Source of the DNA: a virus
Taxonomy: Duplodnaviria > Heunggongvirae > Uroviricota > Caudoviricetes
Virus record (IMG/VR): IMGVR_UViG_3300017971_000186
Length of the DNA stretch: 64,000 nt
Reading direction: 5' to 3' (one strand)
Every line of letters begins with the position of its first letter. Positions within the stretch are counted from its first letter, which is position 1. Positions 50,701 through 58,325 of the stretch are shown in pieces. The translations under genes and the position numbers were made by a program. The notes below the pieces were generated by a model. The model was not told the origin of the DNA. It worked only from the letters and a program-made list of their open reading frames with translations, and searched no databases.

Positions 50701-51620
50701 ACATTGATTCCATTAAAATTAGAACCAGATCCAGAGATCTGTAATCCATGGCCATTAGAAGCTCCAAATAGGCTCATACCATGACCTGGATTTCCATTAC
50801 CTTGAGCAAAAATCCCTATATCTCCAACAGCATAAATACCTTCTCCAGTACCAGTACCTGAAGTCAGAAAACCATGGCCATTTGTACCTCCAAGACAAGA
50901 TATACCAGCACCACCGGTACCACCCTCACAACTAAACCCATGACCAGTACTACCACCTTCAGCATAAATCCCAGCGTTTCCACCTTCTCCGATACCTACT
51001 ATACCCTTACGAGATCCTGTACCGATACCAACAGCCTCACCATGAATACCATCTCCATAATCAGCACCTCCTTCTCCATAAAAGCCATGCCCGGTTTCAC
51101 CACCTTTAGCAAAAATTCCAACACCATCCGTATTACCACCTTTGGCATATATACCGTGACCTAAATCATATCCAGAGGCATCGATACCATGGCCACTACT
51201 ACCCGTTGAATGTGCTCTAAATGCAGATCCTGAATCATTCTGGATATCGATTTGTTTAAATTTCCAGGTCTCATTATAATCAGTTAAATCAGCACCAAGA
51301 TCAAAGGGGTGCATTGCTTGAGGATGTCCGTAAGTCTCAATCATTAAATAATCATCGAGCCAAGTTTTTGTACCTTGATCAACAATTCCAACAAATATTC
51401 TCTTAGCAGACAGTTCAGCAGAGGTAAATGCTATTGCATATGATGTAGTTTGATCTGTAAATCCATTTGTTGTATTTACTTCAGCACTCGTGTCTTTTCT
51501 TATTTTTGTGTCACCGGAGGCATGCGTTGCATCAGTTTTAAAGTTAATTCCATCTGTTTCGAATAGGGTAAAATCAACTGATGCTGCCACACCAAATTTT
51601 CTTAGGACTCTTTCAGGCAT
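47703..51620 (-). CDS. Gly-rich beta-solenoid fibre-like virion protein
   Basis: 1305 aa of about 13-aa G.G(hydrophobic).A.GG repeats; internal duplication KQ..I.N.SGSA..AHSTGS.GHG.DASG; non-repetitive termini. Confidence 0.75.
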   Translation of the reverse strand: MPERVLRKFGVAASVDFTLFETDGINFKTDATHASGDTKIRKDTSAEVNTTNGFTDQTTSYAIAFTSAELSAKRIFVGIVDQGTKTWLDDYLMIETYGHPQAMHPFDLGADLTDYNETWKFKQIDIQNDSGSAFRAHSTGSSGHGIDASGYDLGHGIYAKGGNTDGVGIFAKGGETGHGFYGEGGADYGDGIHGEAVGIGTGSRKGIVGIGEGGNAGIYAEGGSTGHGFSCEGGTGGAGISCLGGTNGHGFLTSGTGTGEGIYAVGDIGIFAQGNGNPGHGMSLFGASNGHGLQISGSGSNFNGINVVSAVGVGIEVNAGTNQNAIEIYGNGTGNGVNIVGGGTSGSAMNLTATSGYAIDASGGGTFAAVHLQGGTGNPGLKVLGDGTGEGLYAEGGATANGIIAKAGSTSGTGLVCQSPTAGDGVAMYGKSTGKGLRITADQEAVAISAGTGIGINVIAGTQGISLTGLANEGLKILGATHGISTASFGTGHGIDASGGGANAAVLLTGGTGQAGLKLVGTGTVGLDTAEIGTPPAIFDGTASPSIYAMLTAMSDASGGSDFTASIDSLVAISSQVGGMSTDVNVVSIDGQATSGNNATLNLKQLNIVNNSGSAIVAHSTGSDGHGLDASGNNNGSGIYAYGGNNSSGSGIYANGGLQGTGFHIISSGDNALHIETSGSGSNGIYAKGFGSGHGVNFVGGASSGSIGLRASGETAGIYARGENSTSGDGIKAESVEHGHGINALGGEGGAPPSGDGIHAEARHGDHYGIYAGGFGSGSGMYSKGGLWGHGVEFRGGDNSGAGLLLAVDGTNSNGLSITGSDNSSGVYIEGGTSGHGVEIIGGSTSGSGIYTRALNNGMGIYAIGGNSAGDGINAQSPVAGNGISATGSLITGKGIVSTGGIAMQLVGLTGNALDMTTTTGHGIQIDAHGSGKSGMYIQSTSSYGMTVVGTTGVRFQGLSGPGIDVNAIGGNGLNIISTDNDGVHIEAGGSNPGFYSQGSGSQAGMEIRGGSSDGRGLLVQGGGNSEGARILAGGSFDAGLHIMGGGHGLQIEAQAGNYNGVRIQGNGTASGLYVAAQFAGSGSGVEIRGASNTGGHGVNITGFGGQGLIATGDLGGMNITCSGSTGDGFYAEGGDHGHGIHAVGGAGAAPPPSGHGILAEAVHGDYNGICAIGHDSSAGIAAIGGSTGHGIEAIGGDTTGDGINAYAQTGDGAGMRLRGVGTGHDLDATEVLGGGGGGTLNALTLDTVVDGTTLEYAFMLMMARVNGKYLVNDPTGGDIRFFRRDNTTELTRVHVDTAGRTRTF

Positions 51621-51676
51621 AGTATCAGCTCCTTAATTATATAAAAGCCATTTGATTCTTTTTTCATGGCCATAAC

Positions 51677-51724
51677 AAAAAAAGATTAAGGGACCTTATC
51701 AACAATTGATAAATCACAGCCCTT
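51677..51724 (-). terminator. Terminator-like hairpin between the 741-aa and 1305-aa genes
   Basis: AAGGG..TTTATCAA-TTG-TTGATAAG..CCCTT then AATCTTTTTTT. Confidence 0.45.
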
Positions 51725-51786
51725 TCTTATTATTAAGGCTATTAAAGAAGGATGAATATTAATAGATTAATAAAGGAAGAATTTTT

Positions 51787-54012
51787 TTAAAAACCACTAC
51801 TGTTCACTTTTTGTCTTCTTCGCATTACAGGTACAGAAGTAGAAGGAGGAGTTGGAACATCCCCGCAAATAATAAACGTATTCGGATCATTTTGATTATT
51901 ATAATCAGTCTCTATCCAATCAGTATCAGGAGGCTCCCAACCATCATGAATCCGCAATTCATCAATAATACCATCTATTCGCCACTCATTAACACCTGAA
52001 GTTTTATACTGGGACCCAATTCTTGTTTGAATACCACCAGCGTATACCGGGGCAAATTCTGCAGTATAAACTTTTGTAGCAGCTACCGATTGACCATCTA
52101 CATAAAATGTCAGAGATCTTGTTGCACCATCTGTATAATTATTTATAACAGCCATGACATGATGCCAATTATAAAGACTGATATGTGTACTATCCGTTCG
52201 ATAGCCCCATGTAGTTGCTCCACCACCACAACTAACACTTGTCCTAACCCAAAAATCAAGTTCACCAGTTGGTGTAATATTAAAACTCATGGGAATCCAA
52301 CCTCTATAAGTGGTTGAACAGATAACTGCCGTATTGTAAATACTTGCACGGCCATAGTTCGGAGAACCTGTTAAAGAATTATTTGGCGGATAAGAATTAA
52401 GATTTATCCATGCACTTATTGCTACAGTATCATTATAAGCAGTACTCTCATAAATTTGGACATGGCTATCATTAAATGAATAAGCGTCATTTATTTTTCC
52501 TGTTGAGTCTAAAGAACCATTATTTGTACCATCCAGTCCTCTTGGAGAATAATCCATTAAACTCTTTTGAAGATGGTATATACCTCTAGCGCTAGAATCG
52601 GCCCAAATTTGATCATTAGCTTTTGTAGCATCCCCTATTTCACATACAAAAGTTGTATTTGAAGAAGCATTTAATGTAGGTACTTTTATATAAGCTTCTA
52701 CTTTTTGACCAGTCCGATCATAAAGAACAATTTCACGATCATATTCAACACTCTTTCCAGAATCACTATAAAATCTAATATCTAATCCATTTGTCGTATC
52801 CGAAACATGATCCCATAACTCGGAGGGTACATTGCTACAATCTTGAGTAAACATTACTGGAAAATTCGTTTTATCTGAACCAGGGACATAATCTGATATG
52901 ACATTCACATTAAATTGAAATGGAAGGGTACTACCAGAAAGAAATGAAGCTGGATCACTTTGAGTATTATAACTTGTCTCAATCCAACTAGAATCAAAAT
53001 CTGAACCATTAAATATTCTTAATTCATCTATTCGACCATTAAAATTTTGATAGTGTGCTCCCCCTATTCTATATCCACTACCAATTCGAGTTTGTTCACC
53101 TGGTCTATGAGTATTCGAATAGTCAACAGCGGCACTAATATTCTCTGTAGAAGAGACCAATTGACCATCTATATAAAATTTCACAATACGGTTAGGTGTT
53201 GTTTGTGAAATATCTTCAATCCAGACACCAACATGATACCATGTATTCATATTAATAGTGCTATCTGTGGTATACCTATCTTGATGATAACCTGCATTAG
53301 AACATACATTAGTTAAATTATCTCCAACAAAAAAGCCTACTTTAGCATCTCTATCAACACCAAAATCAAATGAGCATGATCCTCTTCCTGATACAGATTC
53401 ATTACACTTCTCTAATCTATTAAATATGGTAGCGAATTGATCCTCCCAACTTGGATCAGTTACTTTAGTGTTATCCATATTAATCCAGGCAGAAACATAG
53501 TAAGGATTAGAAGTTAAAAAGGTATAATTATCCATTACCATATAATTACTTGTACCGTCAAAATCGTAACATCTTCCTATTCTTCCAGTTATGGAAGTGG
53601 CATCACTATTTGTTGCATCTTTTCCATTATCAACAGAACTAGCAGTGTTTTCCATATGATAAATTCCAAGTGCCCCTAAATCAGTCCATATATCAGTATC
53701 ATTTGTTCGATCACCACCTCCAACTTCACAATAAAGATCAGTATCTGCACTAACACTTAAAGAAGGTATTTGTACCCATGATTCAATAGTTTCACCAGTA
53801 GCATCAACTGATACAACTTCTCTTGAATATTCAATTGATTTTGATGTACTATCATAAAAACGAACATCTAATCCATCTGTTACATCAGTGATATTAGACC
53901 AAAAAGAAGATGGTATATTCGAACAATTTTCATTAAATAAAACAGGAAAATCTGTTTTATCAGTTCCTATTATTTTGCTACTATCAACAGTCAATCGAAA
54001 CATGTAAGACAT
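51787..54012 (-). CDS. Protein of two tandem DUF2341-LamG modules
   Basis: 741 aa; two copies of DK(T)(D/N)FPV...DIRFY...VEY.RE...IDELRI...DP. Confidence 0.85.
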   Translation of the reverse strand: MSYMFRLTVDSSKIIGTDKTDFPVLFNENCSNIPSSFWSNITDVTDGLDVRFYDSTSKSIEYSREVVSVDATGETIESWVQIPSLSVSADTDLYCEVGGGDRTNDTDIWTDLGALGIYHMENTASSVDNGKDATNSDATSITGRIGRCYDFDGTSNYMVMDNYTFLTSNPYYVSAWINMDNTKVTDPSWEDQFATIFNRLEKCNESVSGRGSCSFDFGVDRDAKVGFFVGDNLTNVCSNAGYHQDRYTTDSTINMNTWYHVGVWIEDISQTTPNRIVKFYIDGQLVSSTENISAAVDYSNTHRPGEQTRIGSGYRIGGAHYQNFNGRIDELRIFNGSDFDSSWIETSYNTQSDPASFLSGSTLPFQFNVNVISDYVPGSDKTNFPVMFTQDCSNVPSELWDHVSDTTNGLDIRFYSDSGKSVEYDREIVLYDRTGQKVEAYIKVPTLNASSNTTFVCEIGDATKANDQIWADSSARGIYHLQKSLMDYSPRGLDGTNNGSLDSTGKINDAYSFNDSHVQIYESTAYNDTVAISAWINLNSYPPNNSLTGSPNYGRASIYNTAVICSTTYRGWIPMSFNITPTGELDFWVRTSVSCGGGATTWGYRTDSTHISLYNWHHVMAVINNYTDGATRSLTFYVDGQSVAATKVYTAEFAPVYAGGIQTRIGSQYKTSGVNEWRIDGIIDELRIHDGWEPPDTDWIETDYNNQNDPNTFIICGDVPTPPSTSVPVMRRRQKVNSSGF

Positions 54013-54077
54013 AATTATACCTTTTATAATAGATATTAAATTGATTCTATAGAGTATTATGATATTAGAAGAAAATT

Positions 54078-54109
54078 AAAAAAGGGCGACTCACCAATCG
54101 CCCTTTTTT
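54078..54109. terminator. Bidirectional intrinsic terminator
   Basis: AAAAAAGGGCGA-N8-TCGCCCTTTTTT. Confidence 0.85.
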
Positions 54110-54186
54110 AATTCTTTAACCTCAAAGTTCTACATTTTTAAATAAGAAGGAAAAAATGAAAAACCTATGAAACACATCATCGAGAG

Positions 54187-54465
54187 TCAGTTACCGTATT
54201 TGAGTAAAACTCTCTTGCAACCACAAACTAAACCAGAAGAAGGTACTTCATCCTTATTTTTATATTCATATTCTTTTTCACAGCTACATTTTATCACAAG
54301 ATAAGTATCAACTCTTCGAGAAGGCTTTATCGAATCAATATGATCAATAAATTCCTGCTTATCATTAAAATTCCTCGTAGAATTTTTTGATAACCTTTTT
54401 TGAACTAACGGAATATTTGTTCCAAAAGGTGTCTTGAGATCAATATAATTTACAATTGGATTCAT
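54187..54465 (-). CDS. Small hypothetical protein with two CxC motifs
   Basis: 92 aa; CSC and CGC; in operon after fibres. Confidence 0.7.
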   Translation of the reverse strand: MNPIVNYIDLKTPFGTNIPLVQKRLSKNSTRNFNDKQEFIDHIDSIKPSRRVDTYLVIKCSCEKEYEYKNKDEVPSSGLVCGCKRVLLKYGN

Positions 54466-54467
54466 AA

Positions 54468-54782
54468 TTAATTTTGTACTGGGTTTTGAGGTTGATTTTG
54501 TTGAGCCTGAGCTTGAGCCACAAGATTCTTTACATTTGCATCATAAATGTAAGCAGCTCTCTCACTCTTTAACTGGGCTACAACTGCCTCAGCCTCTCTT
54601 ATCTTTCTATCATATTCCAAAGCATTTAAATTGATTGCAGTAATTGGATCCACATTCAAATTTACTTTGGAATCAACTGTCTTGTTAACTGTTTCTTGCT
54701 TCTCTTCTGCCACTCCTGGGCCATCAACCACTGTTGGAGGTGGTATTTGTTCTCTTTGATCACCAGACATATAAAACCTCAC
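54468..54782 (-). CDS. Small coiled-coil protein, possible fibre assembly chaperone
   Basis: 104 aa; GGAGG RBS; heptad segment; directly downstream of fibre genes. Confidence 0.65.
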   Translation of the reverse strand: MRFYMSGDQREQIPPPTVVDGPGVAEEKQETVNKTVDSKVNLNVDPITAINLNALEYDRKIREAEAVVAQLKSERAAYIYDANVKNLVAQAQAQQNQPQNPVQN

Positions 54783-54848
54783 TTATTTTATTTAAATTTA
54801 AATTTAGATATTTACCTATATGTTAAATATTAAATGATTATTAAATTA

Positions 54849-57800
54849 TTAATGACTTACAGTACGAAACCAAACGAGTAACCTATAAGGATTAGCACCA
54901 TCCATATCAGCTCCACGATTAATAAGAATAACAGCAGGGCCACTTGGAATTTGAAAACGTGCATCATAATGTTTGATAGTACCAGACGAATCATAACCTG
55001 GTGGATACCAGACATCTCCAAAACCAAGATGTTTAACAGATAAGTCAAAAGCAATAAAAGTATTATTGTTAATCTGACTACTGCGACCACTTAAATCTAT
55101 TAAACCACTAGTTCCTGAACCAAGAGTCCCATAAACTTCAATATTCTGAACTCTATTTGTAGTCATATCTCCTGCACTATCAACACATAGATCGAAATGA
55201 TAACCATCTCCACCACCTGTATAAGGATGAGCTTCGTATGCTGAATAATGGATAAGACCACTACTATATAAATTCATTGTGTTGGTTGATGGATATGTCC
55301 CAAATCTGAGGCCATCTGAACCACGAATGTATAATCTTTGATTAGTGGCATTATATTGAATAGACGCTTCATTATTACCCTGTTCTTGAAAAAATATTTC
55401 ACTCTCCTGATTATTACCACAATCAAGCCTTAATCGGGCATTATTATCATCTGATTCAATTTTTGCTTCAGTAGATCCAGAACTTCTATACATATGCAAC
55501 AAATAACCTGGTGTAAAAGTATCACCATAAGTAAGACCTACACCTGCACTTGAAGCACGCAACACTCCTAAACTAGGAGACAAAACAATCTGACCTGCAT
55601 TATTAAACACAGTAGTATCAGTAAAACCAGTTTGTTGAATACCTGCAAATGCTCCAAATTCGATAATTGCATTAGAACTAAATTGCGGAGTAAATGTTAA
55701 TTTAGCATTTCCTACTGTGGACTCAATTTTCGCATCAGCTAGTCCAACTGTACTCTTAACATGTAAAAAAGCGGTAGGAACATCAGCTTGAAAAATTCCA
55801 ACTCCTGTACTTGTAGCATAAAGCATATTAGAACTTGGAGTTAAAACAATTCTTCCGATATTATTAAACATGGTCATGTCTGTAGCACCTGTCTGCTGAA
55901 TACCGGAAAATGCAGTCATATTTAGAATAGCATTAGCATTAAATTGAGGAGTAAGATCTAATTGAGCATTTCCTACTGTCGATTCAATCTTAGCATCAGC
56001 AGCCCCTACAGTACTCTTTACATGTAGAAAAGCGCTAGGGACATCCGCTTGAAATATACCAACACCAGTACTTGTTGCATAAAGCATGTTAGTACTGGGC
56101 GTTAAAATGATCTTGCCAATATTATTATATACCGTAGTATCAAGAAAATGAGGTTGATGAATACCTGCATAAGCTAAAAAGGTATTACCAAAGTCTAAAT
56201 TTATGCTATTAGTTGGACCACCTCGAAGATTCATTGTTAAATTACCTGATGTACTAACATCGACTCCTGGTGAGTCCACTTTTAATACTGGTTGACTCCC
56301 AATATTCACGCTCGTATAACCTATAGAGTTGTTTATATTCATATTCCAACCCTTATATTCTATCGAACCACCAGGATTACCAGCAAAATAAAAATCTACT
56401 GTAGAAGCATTAGCAGCATCCCCTGAATCCACTACTATAGATGCATCTCCACCAATACCATTTGCTCTCACTCTAAAAAATGCATTGTTTCCACCAGAAC
56501 CAGCCTGAAGCTGAGCAGCCACAGCACCAGAACTTCTCACATCTAATAAATTGACAGGAAAATCTGTTCCTATACCTACTCCACTTGGAGTGACATATAA
56601 CATCGGGCTCCCACTAGGCGCTATTGTTAAACCCGTAGAACCTGTGTTAACTGTCGAATCCATATAAATAGTACCAATCCGACGAGTAGAACTACCTATA
56701 TTCGAAGCACTTGCAGTAGGCTTTCCTAAAAAATCACCTTCTACTTGAATATTACCTTGAACTTGAAGTCTTTGTGCGGGGGTTTGAGTACCTATACCTA
56801 CATAACCTAAAGTAGCACCAGCACTTAAAATCGAAATGGCTCGACGTGTTGGACCGCCACTACCATAAGTAATATGTGTCTGTCCACCGTCAGTAGCACC
56901 CATTTCCACAATTCTGCTTGTAGTAGGTGAAGCAACATAATAAGTCTGGACTTTGAATGCAGGAAAACCAGCTCTACTAATTTCCATATAAGTATCAGTT
57001 GTAGCTGGGGTCGTAACTGAAAAAGGGCCAGCAAGTGAAGTTGGCCCTGAGGTTATATTTAAACTCGATGCCGTAATTGTACCTAATGGAGCAGCTATAT
57101 CCCCTGCAACCGCTGTCATATCTCCCAAGGTTGCTATTATATTTCCTGTAGAAGCTGTAATATTACCAGTTGAAGCAATAATACCTGTACCACCCGTTAC
57201 TGTCGTAGTTCCTACAATAGCACCACTTACATGAAGAGGATATGAAGGAGAAATCCCGATACCAACATTTCCAGTAAACTGGGAAGGTCCTGTATTTATA
57301 GTTAATGTTGCACCCTGTATATTTGCACTACCTAAAATATTTCCAACCACATCCAGGGCCTGAGTAGGAATAGTCGAACCTATACCAACATTACCACCCG
57401 TGGCAAAGGTAACATTATTTCCACCAGAATAAAAATTTAAATTTGTTTGATAATCTACAGTGGAAGCCATCCAGAGAGTACCAATTCGATGAGTGGTGTC
57501 TCCGATATTATACCCATTAGCAGTAATTATATCTCCTTGAACATGAAGAGGAGCAGCCGGAGTTAAAGTACCAATACCTACATTACCAGAATCTACGGTT
57601 AAAGCATGACCCGAACCTGCATTTTCGATTCTCATTACAGTAGCCGTGGCACCTGCATTATCTTGACTTACTATTAACGCAGCCTGATCATCTGTTTGAT
57701 TAATTTCGAGCTGATCAGCTACTACTATTTCTGTATTTATTACAGTAACAGTACCGTTAATCTGAAAATTACTATCGAAAGTTGCATCACCTGAAACTGT

Positions 57801-58325
57801 CAAAGTACCTGTATTAGCAATTTGAAATCTATTCACATTACCTGCATCAACATCGATAATCTTAAAAGCACCATCGGTATCAGAAACGACACGATAAGAT
57901 CTTCCTGCAAATCCATCATCGGTATCTAATCGTAAAGCTGAAGCAAGTACAGTTGATCGTGCATGAATAGTGTCTTGAGGAGAATAACTATTTACTCCTA
58001 AGCGCCCTACTGAAGGAACAGAATATAAAGTCAATCGATCAACATCGAGATCTCTATCTCTTACATTTAAAAAGCCACTTTGATCTGAAGTTATTTGATA
58101 AGATCGTCCTGAACCTCCATCATCAAGATCCATTATTATACCAGCAGAAGTATCAGTCCTCCTAATATGAATAGCATCTAATGGACTGCTTAATCCCATT
58201 GCTATTCTTCCTACGGCATTCGTCTCATCGACTCTCAATCCTGTAATTGTATAGGTATCGGTAGGATCTATTTTATCATTATTAACGGCTTGATCAGCTA
58301 TCCATTTTCTCAACACTTGTGACAT
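54849..58325 (-). CDS. Tail fibre protein (paralog 2)
   Basis: 1158 aa; repeated GNVGIGT..P...L(H/D)V.G fibre motifs; N-terminal third similar to 58356..62042. Confidence 0.85.
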   Translation of the reverse strand: MSQVLRKWIADQAVNNDKIDPTDTYTITGLRVDETNAVGRIAMGLSSPLDAIHIRRTDTSAGIIMDLDDGGSGRSYQITSDQSGFLNVRDRDLDVDRLTLYSVPSVGRLGVNSYSPQDTIHARSTVLASALRLDTDDGFAGRSYRVVSDTDGAFKIIDVDAGNVNRFQIANTGTLTVSGDATFDSNFQINGTVTVINTEIVVADQLEINQTDDQAALIVSQDNAGATATVMRIENAGSGHALTVDSGNVGIGTLTPAAPLHVQGDIITANGYNIGDTTHRIGTLWMASTVDYQTNLNFYSGGNNVTFATGGNVGIGSTIPTQALDVVGNILGSANIQGATLTINTGPSQFTGNVGIGISPSYPLHVSGAIVGTTTVTGGTGIIASTGNITASTGNIIATLGDMTAVAGDIAAPLGTITASSLNITSGPTSLAGPFSVTTPATTDTYMEISRAGFPAFKVQTYYVASPTTSRIVEMGATDGGQTHITYGSGGPTRRAISILSAGATLGYVGIGTQTPAQRLQVQGNIQVEGDFLGKPTASASNIGSSTRRIGTIYMDSTVNTGSTGLTIAPSGSPMLYVTPSGVGIGTDFPVNLLDVRSSGAVAAQLQAGSGGNNAFFRVRANGIGGDASIVVDSGDAANASTVDFYFAGNPGGSIEYKGWNMNINNSIGYTSVNIGSQPVLKVDSPGVDVSTSGNLTMNLRGGPTNSINLDFGNTFLAYAGIHQPHFLDTTVYNNIGKIILTPSTNMLYATSTGVGIFQADVPSAFLHVKSTVGAADAKIESTVGNAQLDLTPQFNANAILNMTAFSGIQQTGATDMTMFNNIGRIVLTPSSNMLYATSTGVGIFQADVPTAFLHVKSTVGLADAKIESTVGNAKLTFTPQFSSNAIIEFGAFAGIQQTGFTDTTVFNNAGQIVLSPSLGVLRASSAGVGLTYGDTFTPGYLLHMYRSSGSTEAKIESDDNNARLRLDCGNNQESEIFFQEQGNNEASIQYNATNQRLYIRGSDGLRFGTYPSTNTMNLYSSGLIHYSAYEAHPYTGGGDGYHFDLCVDSAGDMTTNRVQNIEVYGTLGSGTSGLIDLSGRSSQINNNTFIAFDLSVKHLGFGDVWYPPGYDSSGTIKHYDARFQIPSGPAVILINRGADMDGANPYRLLVWFRTVSH
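55600..56130 (-). repeat. Two 87-aa (261-bp) diverged tandem repeats in fibre 2 (approximate bounds)
   Basis: NMLYATSTGVGIFQADVP.AFLHVKSTVG.ADAKIESTVGNA occurs twice. Confidence 0.85.

Noticed and set aside
8187-54012. Assigning a Bacteroidota host from the DST sequon
   Set aside because: Strong AGGAGG Shine-Dalgarno use is atypical for Bacteroidia and the proteins lack signal peptides; host left unassigned
373-57034. Other short plus-strand and nested ORFs in the track
   Set aside because: They lie inside long, well-supported minus-strand genes and show no recognisable motifs
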